Below are positions 1 through 9,071 of a stretch of DNA of 64,000 nt, in pieces (positions within the stretch are counted from its first letter, which is position 1; each line of letters begins with the position of its first letter). This DNA is from Candidatus Peregrinibacteria bacterium (GTDB lineage: Bacteria; Patescibacteriota; Gracilibacteria; UBA1369). The stretch is taken from assembly GCA_963708185.1 (NCBI GenBank), contig OY970195.1, positions 224,001 through 288,000 on the forward strand. The letters are read 5' to 3'. Below the pieces are notes generated by a model. It saw only the letters and a program-made list of their open reading frames with translations, did not search any database and was not told the DNA's origin. A program made the position numbers and the translations under genes.

Positions 1-103
1 CGCGCTTCAATGATTGGATGCAAAAAGTGGCGGATTTTGATTGATGAATATGCGTGCCGTCATGTGGTATGATGGCGATGTTTGATATCTTCACCGATTT
101 CCT

Positions 104-451
104 ATGATCTTGATGATTTTCATTAATTGGCTTCTTCTGGCAGCCGCACTTTGGGTTACCGCCTATCTGCTTCCGGGTGTTCATATCCAGGGAGGGTTTG
201 AGACCTTGCTGGTCCTGGCGGTGGTCATAGGGCTTATTAATGCTATCCTCAAGCCGATTCTTAAACTTTTGACTCTGCCGATCACTATTTTGACCCTTGG
301 GTTATTTTCGTTGGTGATCAACGCGCTGTTGATTCTTCTGGCTTCGAGCATTGTTCCCGGGTTTGTCGTTGACGGCTTTTGGTGGGCTCTGCTTTTTTCC
401 TTGGTGCTTTCCCTCGTCAACTGGTTCCTTTCAGCCTTGAAATACGCTTAG
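104..451 (+). CDS. Phage holin family / YvlD-like 4-TM membrane protein
   Basis: 115-aa hydrophobic ORF with the family motif 'GLINAILKPILKLLTLPITILTLGLFSLVINA...VPGFVVDGFWWALLFSLVLS'. Confidence 0.85.
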   Translation: MILMIFINWLLLAAALWVTAYLLPGVHIQGGFETLLVLAVVIGLINAILKPILKLLTLPITILTLGLFSLVINALLILLASSIVPGFVVDGFWWALLFSLVLSLVNWFLSALKYA

Positions 452-481
452 TTCGTCTAAAGTAAGGTGGAATTTGGGTAC

Positions 482-515
482 TTGACACAGTGTGTATACT
501 ATTATATAATAGTAT
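482..515 (+). promoter_or_regulatory. Consensus sigma70 promoter with an overlapping perfect palindrome
   Basis: TTGACA (482-487), 17-bp spacer, TATAAT (505-510); 20-bp perfect palindrome ATACTATTATATAATAGTAT at 496-515. Confidence 0.75.
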
Positions 516-538
516 GATATCACTTTAACCCAACCACT

Positions 539-730
539 ATGGCTATGCGTGTGCCCCCGGAGTTTGACCGTCATGACGTGCCTGAGTCACAGCCTCAGTC
601 ACGCCGCAGAGAATCAGATCCGGCTCCGCCTCAAGGCAGAGTTTTGAAAACCACAAGTCGGATCAGGATGAATATCGCGAACATTTTCAAGAGAGCCAAA
701 GAGGATTCTTCAGAAGGAGACCTTGGATAA
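539..730 (+). CDS. Small hypothetical protein (63 aa)
   Basis: ATG-started ORF directly downstream of a consensus promoter; no recognisable domain. Confidence 0.55.
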   Translation: MAMRVPPEFDRHDVPESQPQSRRRESDPAPPQGRVLKTTSRIRMNIANIFKRAKEDSSEGDLG

Positions 731-798
731 CATTTTCCGACTCGGCAAAAACACCACCCATCATCAATTGGTGCTTTTGCTTGTTTCTCAATGGAGTT

Positions 799-1224
799 TT
801 ATTTTTTCGGTCCCGCGAATTTGAAGCTTGCGTAGGAAAGATACCCCGCCACAACGGTGCCGACCCAGCTGAGCCAGTACGGTGCCATCCATCCCCCCAG
901 CACGACTTCAAAACTGAAGAGCAATCTTAGGAGGTGGAGGATCGAAACAACTCCAAGGATTGTCCCCACGATCAGGAAAAAATTTCTCTGGCTTATTGAA
1001 GGTGCGTGAATTTCGGCCTTCCATCCGTAATGGACGAGCAAACCAAGGAGGATGAGGTCAAAAATAATCCAGGGAACGACCATGGGTTCCGTGACGGTGA
1101 TGCCGAGTAAGTTTATCGGCAGAAGGTGGCTGAAGTACAGCCAAAGACCACAAAGGATATCGGCTGCAATCAGCCCTGAGGCGAACTTCGAAAGCTCGCG
1201 CAGAACATGTTGATGTCTGGTCAT
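799..1224 (-). CDS. Hypothetical membrane protein (about 4 TM, internally duplicated hairpin module)
   Basis: 141-aa hydrophobic ORF; 'ILHLLRLLFSFEVVLGGWMAPYWLSW' segment. Confidence 0.7.
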   Translation of the reverse strand: MTRHQHVLRELSKFASGLIAADILCGLWLYFSHLLPINLLGITVTEPMVVPWIIFDLILLGLLVHYGWKAEIHAPSISQRNFFLIVGTILGVVSILHLLRLLFSFEVVLGGWMAPYWLSWVGTVVAGYLSYASFKFAGPKK

Positions 1225-1252
1225 GGTTTGGAGGGTTAGAGGATATTTTTTG

Positions 1253-1804
1253 TTATTTGTTGTTGAGCGTTTTGTCCGGAATGTTGAAGGTATTGAACCT
1301 GATTTTTATGGAGTTGGGGAGTGCCACTTCCACGAACCTGGATCCCTGGATTTTTTGCGCGGTGGAGTAATCGAAAACGAAAGCAGGCACCTGTTTGCCG
1401 TTTCTGTCCGCAAGTTTGTAATTCAGTTTCATGTCGGTGAAACCTGAGTTTGCGATCGAATAGGCCGCACCGTTAAAAACCCGGCCGTCCACGAAGTTCC
1501 AGTTGTTGCTTTTGAAAATATCCGTCACGTTGGGTCCGTAGATGAGAAAATTGCTCCCGTCCTTCACCACATAATATTCCAGAGGATCAAGGTTGAAAAC
1601 ACAGTAGGGAGTTTCTTTCACGGCGGTGTCCGGGCATTGCACCTCGGCAACCCGCGAGACCTTTTTGGTGCCCGGCTGTAAACTCAGTGCTCCGAAATTG
1701 AGCTGGCCCTGGCCGTACAGTATGGCGAAAACCGTAACCAGCAGGATGACCCCGGCGCCGGTCCACATCCATAGAGGAGAGTATGGAGGTTTCTTTTTTG
1801 CCAT
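1253..1804 (-). CDS. Hypothetical protein with N-terminal membrane anchor
   Basis: 183-aa ORF; basic N-terminus followed by one TM helix. Confidence 0.7.
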   Translation of the reverse strand: MAKKKPPYSPLWMWTGAGVILLVTVFAILYGQGQLNFGALSLQPGTKKVSRVAEVQCPDTAVKETPYCVFNLDPLEYYVVKDGSNFLIYGPNVTDIFKSNNWNFVDGRVFNGAAYSIANSGFTDMKLNYKLADRNGKQVPAFVFDYSTAQKIQGSRFVEVALPNSIKIRFNTFNIPDKTLNNK

Positions 1805-1878
1805 AAATAACGAATTATGGGGTAGGTGTTTCTTTTATATCTTCCATCATGATAGTACTTTTAGGTCCCGAGAACAAA

Positions 1879-2988
1879 TTACAGTCCGAGCAGTACAGCC
1901 GCAATCCAGGGGAAGGCCACGGTGGCGTCGCTCTGGATGATCTGATAGTAACTCTTTGTGGAAAGTTTATCCCAGGTGATTTTTTCTTTTCCTCCTGCTC
2001 CGGAATACGATCCGTAGGACATCGGGGAGGAACCGATTTCAATGAATCCGGCCCAGTCGCGAACTTTGGGATATGAGAGGTCGTGTTTGAGCGAAGGAAC
2101 GATGCAGATCGGGAAGTCGGCTGCGATACCTCCTCCCAGTTGAAGGAAGGCGACCGGATGATTTTTGGACGCTTCCATGTACCAGTCGTAGAGCGAAGTG
2201 AAGTATTCGAGGCCGGTTTTCATGACGTTTGGATCGACCATCACGCTTTTATCTCTGCGGTATTTCCCAGAGTAGGTATAGCTTGCGAAAATATTTCCCA
2301 TCGTGGAGTCTTCGAATCCGGGGATCACAATGGGGATGTTCTTCTTGTACGCGGCGTAGGCCCAGCAGTCGCTTGGGTTAGCCACCGGATCGGGTTTGAT
2401 CAGTCCTTCGGAAAAAAGCCGGCGGAAGTATTCGTGCGGGAAATAGCGCTTGCCGTCTTTTTCGGCTTTTTTCCACATCTTTAAAAGATGCGGTTCCATG
2501 ATGCGGACGCTTTCATCTTCGGGGAGGAAGGTGTCCGTGATGCGGCGGAGACCGGCGTCGCGAAGTTCAGCTTCCTGTTCCGGCGTGAGTTCAGTGTAGC
2601 GGGGGATGTATGCGTAATGGGAATGCGCCACGTAACGATAGTAGGACTCTTCATGATTGGCTCCCGTGGCTGAGATAAGATGGATTTTGTCCTGACGGAT
2701 GAGTTCGGCAAGCATGACTCCGATCTGGAAGGAGCTCAGCGCCCCGGCGATGGTGACGACAAGTTTTCCTCCGTGGTCGAGATGGTTCTTGAGCCAGGCG
2801 GCCGCCTGCATCGTCGCGCCGCCGTTGGTATGGTTCAGGGTGCGTTCAGCGAACGAGGACACCGGTGTTTTGCTTTTCTTGATGTAGGAACTCAGCGTGC
2901 CTTTGGCGTTTTTCCCGGCTCCGGCGCCTTCATGCGAGATGATCAGTTTTTTCAAATTCGGAGAGAGTTTCGTGAATTTTTTTTGCAT
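1879..2988 (-). CDS. Deoxyhypusine synthase-like protein (homospermidine synthase family)
   Basis: Motifs 'ISATGANHEE', 'QLGGGIAADFPIC', 'YGSYSGAGGKEKITWDKL', 'IQSDATVAFP'; start placed at ATG 2988 (MQKKF). Confidence 0.85.
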   Translation of the reverse strand: MQKKFTKLSPNLKKLIISHEGAGAGKNAKGTLSSYIKKSKTPVSSFAERTLNHTNGGATMQAAAWLKNHLDHGGKLVVTIAGALSSFQIGVMLAELIRQDKIHLISATGANHEESYYRYVAHSHYAYIPRYTELTPEQEAELRDAGLRRITDTFLPEDESVRIMEPHLLKMWKKAEKDGKRYFPHEYFRRLFSEGLIKPDPVANPSDCWAYAAYKKNIPIVIPGFEDSTMGNIFASYTYSGKYRRDKSVMVDPNVMKTGLEYFTSLYDWYMEASKNHPVAFLQLGGGIAADFPICIVPSLKHDLSYPKVRDWAGFIEIGSSPMSYGSYSGAGGKEKITWDKLSTKSYYQIIQSDATVAFPWIAAVLLGL

Positions 2989-3129
2989 AGTTTTTTGGAT
3001 TAATTTGCCTGTGAAACGTTTGTATATTGAATAATTTTCATGCAAAAAGCAATTGAAGCTTCGATTTCTTCATTCTTGGTTTTTGCGCTATAATTTCTGA
3101 TATCTGCATTGAATTGATTAACAAAGATT

Positions 3130-4143
3130 ATGTACGGGATCGTATTGCTGCTGATTTTTTTTGTTTTCCTGCTCTGGCTGACCGGCTGGTTTTCAGGAAC
3201 TGAAACCGCTTTAACTCATCTCACGTTTTCCAGTCTTGCGGTGATGAAAAAGCGCGGCGAAAAGAACGTGACGTATTTGCTGAAGCTCAAGAAGAACATG
3301 AACTCGACGCTCATCGTCATTCTGATCTGCAACAATGTCATCAATATTATCTTGTCGGTGCTGGCGGCTCTTCTGGCCAATTCGATTTTTCACGCGCTCG
3401 GAGTGACGATCGTCGTCGGACTGATGACTTTTTTGATCATTATTTTCGGAGAAATCATTCCGAAGTCGCATGCCGTCCACGATACAGAAAGGGTCGCCAT
3501 CAACCGTGCCAGAACCATTTATTACCTCACGATCATTTTTACGCCCGTTCTCTGGTTGTTTACGGTTCCGTCCCGGGCGATTCTTTTGCTTATGGGACAG
3601 AAACCAAAACCTACCCAGCTCATCGTGACCGAAGAAAGTATTAAAAGTATGGCGACCCTGGGGGAGTCGGAAGGTTCGATTCAGGCCATCGAGAAAGATA
3701 TTATTTACAACGTTTTTAAATTCGCCGACCGAAAGACGCGGGATATCATGGTCCCATTGGAAAAAGTTTTTTGTATTCCTGTCGATACCAGTCTGCAGAG
3801 AGCCAAAAAAATGCTTGCGGAAAGCGGGTTTACCAGAATCCCCGTGGTGAACGAGAAAGGAAGAATCATGGGGATTCTCTACAGTAAGGATCTTTTGGCG
3901 AAGAAAAACGGCAGCATACGCTCGTTTTTACGGAAGCCGATGTTCCTGACCGCAAACAGTTACGTCCCGCACTCGTTTCACCAGATGATCAAGAACCGTA
4001 CCCATATTGCCGTGATTACCGGGAAGAAGAAAAAAAATATCGGTATCGTCACCCTCGAGGATATTCTTGAAGAGCTCGTGGGTGAAATTTACGATGAATA
4101 TTCTCAGGTCAAACACGATTTCAGTGAAAAACGGTTTCCTTAG
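3130..4143 (+). CDS. CNNM/DUF21 + CBS-pair protein (hemolysin/CorC family, Mg transport-related)
   Basis: 'FSGTETAL', 'IIFGEIIPKS', 'GFTRIPV', 'GIVTLEDILEELVGEIYDE'. Confidence 0.9.
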   Translation: MYGIVLLLIFFVFLLWLTGWFSGTETALTHLTFSSLAVMKKRGEKNVTYLLKLKKNMNSTLIVILICNNVINIILSVLAALLANSIFHALGVTIVVGLMTFLIIIFGEIIPKSHAVHDTERVAINRARTIYYLTIIFTPVLWLFTVPSRAILLLMGQKPKPTQLIVTEESIKSMATLGESEGSIQAIEKDIIYNVFKFADRKTRDIMVPLEKVFCIPVDTSLQRAKKMLAESGFTRIPVVNEKGRIMGILYSKDLLAKKNGSIRSFLRKPMFLTANSYVPHSFHQMIKNRTHIAVITGKKKKNIGIVTLEDILEELVGEIYDEYSQVKHDFSEKRFP

Positions 4144-4236
4144 CCTTCCGTTTCAATCGAAGATCGTTTTCTATCATTGCATAAATAATTTTGAGCCGAT
4201 ATAATTCCTTCAGTGTATTTTTTAATCAATTTTTTC

Positions 4237-4671
4237 ATGTTTAATTTTGGAAAAAAAGACGATGATCAAGATCAGAATGATCCCAAAAAGGCTCTTCAGA
4301 AAGCCAGTGACAAACTGAACAAAGGCATGATGGGCGGTTTGACCAAGGCATTCATGGGTAAAGGTTTTGTTGATAAGATGAACAATACCATCGCTCAGGG
4401 GAATCAGGCATTGGACAGCGTCGCGGCAAACCAGGAGGTTGCAAAAAACGGTGCTGACGCCGATGCTGAGGTTCTCTCCGTCCAGGATACCGGGACAACC
4501 TTGAATATGAACCCCGTTGTTGTGTTGACGCTCAAGGTCACTCCGGCCGTCGGTGCTGAATTCCAGACAGCGGCTCAGGTGATGGTCTCCCGAATCGCCA
4601 TTCCCCGTGCCGGCGATAAGATCAAGATCAAGTACAATCCTGAAAATCCGTCACAGGTCGCGATTGTATAG
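4237..4671 (+). CDS. Hypothetical protein with C-terminal beta-barrel (OB-like) domain
   Basis: 'ADAEVLSVQDTGTTLNMNPVVVLTLKV...GDKIKIKYNPENP'; start moved to ATG 4237. Confidence 0.7.
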   Translation: MFNFGKKDDDQDQNDPKKALQKASDKLNKGMMGGLTKAFMGKGFVDKMNNTIAQGNQALDSVAANQEVAKNGADADAEVLSVQDTGTTLNMNPVVVLTLKVTPAVGAEFQTAAQVMVSRIAIPRAGDKIKIKYNPENPSQVAIV

Positions 4672-4728
4672 CCCTGACGTTTGAATGGTATTATAGTTGA
4701 AGGTGAAATATCCTTTAACAGTGTTTTT

Positions 4729-5124
4729 ATGCCTTTCCATACAGATATTTTTCAGGCAACCCGGGAGAATAATAATTTCAGGAAAGTTATTTTTACCGGA
4801 AAGAAGAGTCAGCTTGTGGTTATGGCCATTCCGGCAGGGGAAGAGGTCGGTGCCGAAACGCACGAACACGTTGAACAGACGCTTTTTTTCTTCAGCGGTC
4901 ACGGGAAGGCTGTTCTCGACGGTGTGGAGTCCGAGGTGAAGGCGGGTGACGTATATGTGGTTACCCCGGGGACGCATCATAATTTTATCAATACCGGAAC
5001 TGAACCTTTGAAAATTTATACCGTTTACGCGCCGCCGAATCATATCGACGGGCGTATTCACGCAACCAAAGCTGATGCTGACGCTGACCAGGAGGATGAG
5101 GGTTTTGGGCACAAGGCACAATGA
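4729..5124 (+). CDS. Cupin domain protein
   Basis: 'GAETHEHVEQTLFFFSGHG...VTPGTHHNFINTG...YAPPNH'; ATG at 4729. Confidence 0.9.
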   Translation: MPFHTDIFQATRENNNFRKVIFTGKKSQLVVMAIPAGEEVGAETHEHVEQTLFFFSGHGKAVLDGVESEVKAGDVYVVTPGTHHNFINTGTEPLKIYTVYAPPNHIDGRIHATKADADADQEDEGFGHKAQ

Positions 5125-5217
5125 TTTTGTTTATGAGGTGAAGGGCAAGCTTGCGCAGGCCGTTGACTTAATTAGTATTTGTGGCATACTTAAGTCTTCT
5201 CAACTTTACCAATCGCC

Positions 5218-6159
5218 ATGAGCAAGCACAGGGATGCGGCAGACAGCATTGAGAACGGGCTCACTCGTTTTACGGAAACCGAGTATGTCCAGCGAGAGCT
5301 TCGCGACGAAGTGAACCATTTTGTGTTCAGTTTTTCCATTTACCGGTGCCGTCCTGCCGAAGCGCGGGCGCTGACGGGGCGGGTTATGACATCGAACGAT
5401 CCGAAGGTTTTAAAACCAGACTGCGTCATCGATCTCTATACGCGTATGGTCGAAGCCGCCGTTCTGGAAAAAGACCGTCTGGAGAGAGCCGGGAGCCGTT
5501 GTTTATTGCCTTTTCTTGATATTGATCCCGAAACCAGGACGTTGCGGGTCAATGTCGTGCCGTTTGATTCCTCGACGCCGATCAACTCACAGCAGGAGTT
5601 ACGGAACAGTATTTTCATGATCCGTGACACAGAAAACTATCTCAATGATGCAGCCGTTGATCCGAAGGGGTTCCCTCATATCCGTGAACTGCTGAAATCT
5701 TTTTTTGTGTATGTTCATGTCCAGTTCAGCGGAGGAAAACGGCTGGGATATCCCTTGGAAGTTGATTTCGCGCTCGCTCACAAGATGCTTGAGTCGCTTG
5801 AGTTTACACCGGGAGAGAGCCTGAGGGATCTTTCGTATCAGGATAAATACGAAAAGTTCAAAAAACTGATGGAAGCCAAAGGGTATGAATTTTCAGCGCA
5901 AAAAAAGGACTTCCAGCAATGGATGAAAGCCAAAGACGGTGATCCTGTGCATGCCAGGATCCGCCAGGTGTTTGAACGCGATTTAGAAGCGGCACTGGCA
6001 AAGAAAGTCGGTGACTTGAAAGAGGATTTGGCAGAGCAGTTCAGGATGATGGCCGAACGTCAAAAGCCCCAAGCATCCACCCGAACCGAAACCGTCAGAG
6101 CAGAGGTTTCCGGAAAATTGGAAACGTTGCTTCGTTCAGATACGGAAAAACTGAAGTAG
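5218..6159 (+). CDS. Hypothetical protein (313 aa, orphan-like)
   Basis: Long ATG ORF with upstream TTGACT...CATACT promoter-like sequence (5163-5190); no recognised domain. Confidence 0.7.
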   Translation: MSKHRDAADSIENGLTRFTETEYVQRELRDEVNHFVFSFSIYRCRPAEARALTGRVMTSNDPKVLKPDCVIDLYTRMVEAAVLEKDRLERAGSRCLLPFLDIDPETRTLRVNVVPFDSSTPINSQQELRNSIFMIRDTENYLNDAAVDPKGFPHIRELLKSFFVYVHVQFSGGKRLGYPLEVDFALAHKMLESLEFTPGESLRDLSYQDKYEKFKKLMEAKGYEFSAQKKDFQQWMKAKDGDPVHARIRQVFERDLEAALAKKVGDLKEDLAEQFRMMAERQKPQASTRTETVRAEVSGKLETLLRSDTEKLK

Positions 6160-6171
6160 TTTCGCGGGCGT

Positions 6172-6594
6172 CTATCTGCTTTCCGTATACTTTTTGAAGT
6201 TATCCAGAATGGCCTGCCAGCCGCTCTGCTGTTTTTCTTTCAAATTTTCATGCTCCATGTCGAACGTTTCCATGACCTTGATTCCTTCCGGCGTTTTGGT
6301 GAAATCTATTCTGACGTGTCTGCCGTCGTCGATGTCGTACTCGATGAGTTCAAGGTTTTTTACGGCTGTGTATGTTCCGCCAAAATCAAAACCCGCACTT
6401 TTATCCTTTGCGGCCATGGCGGTTTTGAATTTTCCTCCGATCCTGAGGTCATTTTCAGCGCTGGGAGCTTCCCAGTCGTCCGAGGCGTGACACCAGTTGG
6501 TAATGTGCTTCGGGTCCGTCCAAAATTCCCAGACTTTTTCAATGGGTGCCTTGACGACGGTTTCGACCGTGATGGTCTTTTTGTTATCGGGCAT
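6172..6594 (-). CDS. SRPBCC / AHSA1-like domain protein
   Basis: 'APIEKVWEFWTDPKHITNW...DLRIGGKF...GWQAILDNFKKY'. Confidence 0.9.
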   Translation of the reverse strand: MPDNKKTITVETVVKAPIEKVWEFWTDPKHITNWCHASDDWEAPSAENDLRIGGKFKTAMAAKDKSAGFDFGGTYTAVKNLELIEYDIDDGRHVRIDFTKTPEGIKVMETFDMEHENLKEKQQSGWQAILDNFKKYTESR

Positions 6595-6615
6595 GGGGAT
6601 AAAGTTAGTAGATCC

Positions 6616-7155
6616 TTAATTTTTTTGCATCGGTTCAAGAAGCACCCCGTTGTGCGATACTGAAGGTTCGGTACATGCGCTGCGGTTAAAACAACATGGT
6701 GATCGTTTCCCGGATTTGAGCTTGGAGAATGTTTTTTCGATCCGAATCTTCCGTGTTTCCGGGTTTTTGGTTGATCGGATCCAGCGGATCCAGTCCCACC
6801 GCGATTTTGTCGTGACATCCAGCCAGAGTTCTTGCGCACGCGGGTCGTCCGCGAGGGCTTTCTTCAGATCCGCCGGGATTTCGGGTTCCGGCCACTCTTC
6901 AGCAGGTTTTATCTCCAGTGTCAGCGTGTCGCCGGTTTTTGATCCTGTGGCTTTTTGCATGGCTTTGTCGAAATTGAACCAGTGGCTTCCTTTGCCGTCA
7001 GGTTCGAGTGGAATTTGAAAGTGCTTACCATTCAATGTCCCTTCGGCCATGCACATTCCGCGTGACGGAAACTTCTCGCTCGCGCTCTTGGGCAGTTCGA
7101 GCAGCGTCCACGAACCGATTTTTACCAGTTGAGCTTTACAATGGATGGTCGACAT
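6616..7155 (-). CDS. DUF1905 + YdeI/OmpD-associated family protein
   Basis: 'FPSRGM..AEGTLNG', 'PEIPADLKKAL', 'WIRWIRSTKNPETRKIRI'; start at ATG 7155. Confidence 0.85.
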   Translation of the reverse strand: MSTIHCKAQLVKIGSWTLLELPKSASEKFPSRGMCMAEGTLNGKHFQIPLEPDGKGSHWFNFDKAMQKATGSKTGDTLTLEIKPAEEWPEPEIPADLKKALADDPRAQELWLDVTTKSRWDWIRWIRSTKNPETRKIRIEKTFSKLKSGKRSPCCFNRSACTEPSVSHNGVLLEPMQKN

Positions 7156-7267
7156 CTTTTTGCACCTTAAAAACATTGTTATTGTAGCATATCTATTTTG
7201 GGCATTGACAATCATTCTTTATGTGTTAAATTATTTTTCCTTGATTTACGATCTATAGCTGTTTTTC

Positions 7268-9025
7268 ATGGAGGAAGGAAAATTTAAAAGTTACAGGGAG
7301 ACCGAAGGGCTGGATTCATTGTTCATGGAAATCCAGGGATATTTTGACCATCTTTATCAATCGGTAAGGGAGAGGCGCAGTGTTGAAAGTTTTGCGGGCA
7401 TGGATATGTCTCAGGATAATAAAAAACTCACAGAGATTCTGGATAAACTCAATCTTGGATTGGACCCGCTCCGCAAATCCGAAGGAGAGGTCCGAGAAGA
7501 GCACATCATCGTCTTTATTGACGCTGTTCTTGAACTGCTGACTTTTATCGGCAATAAAGGGTCCATAAAGGACCCGCTGAAAGCAAAAATCGATACAATG
7601 CTTTACAAGGAAAACGAGGTTTTTGGTCGAAGAAATCAGCGGCGAGATAAGTTAATGCTCCTATTATCTGTCGCCGGTACCTCGTTGGAGGTTTGTTCCT
7701 TCAATATGGTCCATACCGCTATTTTTGCTCTCAATGCTTACCTCACGGGAGGAATGGCCCGTTCCGATCAAGCAATAACCAGCGATCCGCGGATGGTAGG
7801 TATTGCACGGACTCAGTTCGTGGATACTTTGGTCGAAAAAACCGGTAGGACTCCGCCGCAAATGTTCGCATATATCAACAGGGTCAGGACTTATCTTTTG
7901 GCTGCCGGACTCACTTTCATGACGGTTAATTCTTTCAGAAGCACGGCGTCGCATCATACGCTGGGAGAGGTTATCAGTTCTGTTTCTCATCCTTCTCACG
8001 CCAAAATTGATGCTCGTGAGCGAACTGAATTCCTTTTAGAATTTGCGCTTTCCATTATCCGCGTGTTTCTCTTAACATCCATGGCGAGGCGTTTAGGTGA
8101 TATCGTCAGAACTTCCTCCCTTGTTGATTATGCCGCTTACCAGCGTTTTAAATTGGGAGAATTTGAGTCGGAAAGGCTCGATTCATCCCAACTCAAGAAT
8201 TTAAAGAAACTTTTTTTAGAGTTACAGGCGGCGTTGAAGCGTATGAGCAAGGATGACGGTTATGATCCCACGCCGCTCATCGAAAAAATTAAGGAAGGGT
8301 TTGAGGCCGTAGTCCAAGGCCAAACCGTTTATGTAAAAGATTTTTTGAAATCAAGCAGAAGGATTGTCCATGAAGATTACAAACGGAAAGTCGTTCTTAG
8401 AAACACGGGAAAAAGCGATTCAGCCATACGACAAGGTACCAGTAAAAAGATTGTGAACGTCGCCCGGTTTGAATTGCCGCTCATCAGAAAAAAGCTTTCA
8501 CGTGAGGAAAGAAAAGAACTTTATGCCAGAAATAAAGCGGTTGCAAAAATGCATGATCACGACCAGCCGGTGGAACCGGTCATTCCGGAAAAAAATAGTG
8601 GCGATTTTTCCCAGGTTTGTTACCAGCCCACAAACGATGGGGCAGAAACGATCAGTGGACGAGAACAGATGATACGGAATATCGATTTCCACAGGACATT
8701 GGATGGCATCCAGTTCCGGAAATTTTTAAAGGCAATGTCATTTCAACAAACAGAAGGAGGCAAAGGAAGCCATGAAAAGTATGCTCTTGAAATCGGCGGT
8801 GGAACGCTTATTGTTGTCCTTTCACGCAAATTCGACCGTTTTAATGATAATATTATTAAGAATGATATCTTGAGAAAACCGCCATATCTGAATCCGGAAT
8901 GGGTTTACTGGCAATATTGTGAACAGTTTTCCTTCCCCGAATCCATAAGCGCTTACCAGAAGCTTTTTGGAAAAGAGTTTGATTCCAAGAACCAGCCATC
9001 TCCATTGAAACAGGGAACTGAATAA
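7268..9025 (+). CDS. Large hypothetical protein with C-terminal HicA-like domain
   Basis: 585-aa ORF; C-terminal 'FRKFLKAMSFQQTEGGKGSHEKYALEIGGGTLIVVL' resembles the HicA GSH motif; TTGACA promoter at 7205. Confidence 0.65.
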   Translation: MEEGKFKSYRETEGLDSLFMEIQGYFDHLYQSVRERRSVESFAGMDMSQDNKKLTEILDKLNLGLDPLRKSEGEVREEHIIVFIDAVLELLTFIGNKGSIKDPLKAKIDTMLYKENEVFGRRNQRRDKLMLLLSVAGTSLEVCSFNMVHTAIFALNAYLTGGMARSDQAITSDPRMVGIARTQFVDTLVEKTGRTPPQMFAYINRVRTYLLAAGLTFMTVNSFRSTASHHTLGEVISSVSHPSHAKIDARERTEFLLEFALSIIRVFLLTSMARRLGDIVRTSSLVDYAAYQRFKLGEFESERLDSSQLKNLKKLFLELQAALKRMSKDDGYDPTPLIEKIKEGFEAVVQGQTVYVKDFLKSSRRIVHEDYKRKVVLRNTGKSDSAIRQGTSKKIVNVARFELPLIRKKLSREERKELYARNKAVAKMHDHDQPVEPVIPEKNSGDFSQVCYQPTNDGAETISGREQMIRNIDFHRTLDGIQFRKFLKAMSFQQTEGGKGSHEKYALEIGGGTLIVVLSRKFDRFNDNIIKNDILRKPPYLNPEWVYWQYCEQFSFPESISAYQKLFGKEFDSKNQPSPLKQGTE

Positions 9026-9071
9026 AAAATTGGCTCCCCCGACTGGGCTCGAACCAGTGACCTACCGGTTA

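Noticed and set aside
104-451. Prophage suggested by the 'phage holin family' gene
   Set aside because: This family is common in chromosomes, and no phage structural, integrase or lysin genes are present.
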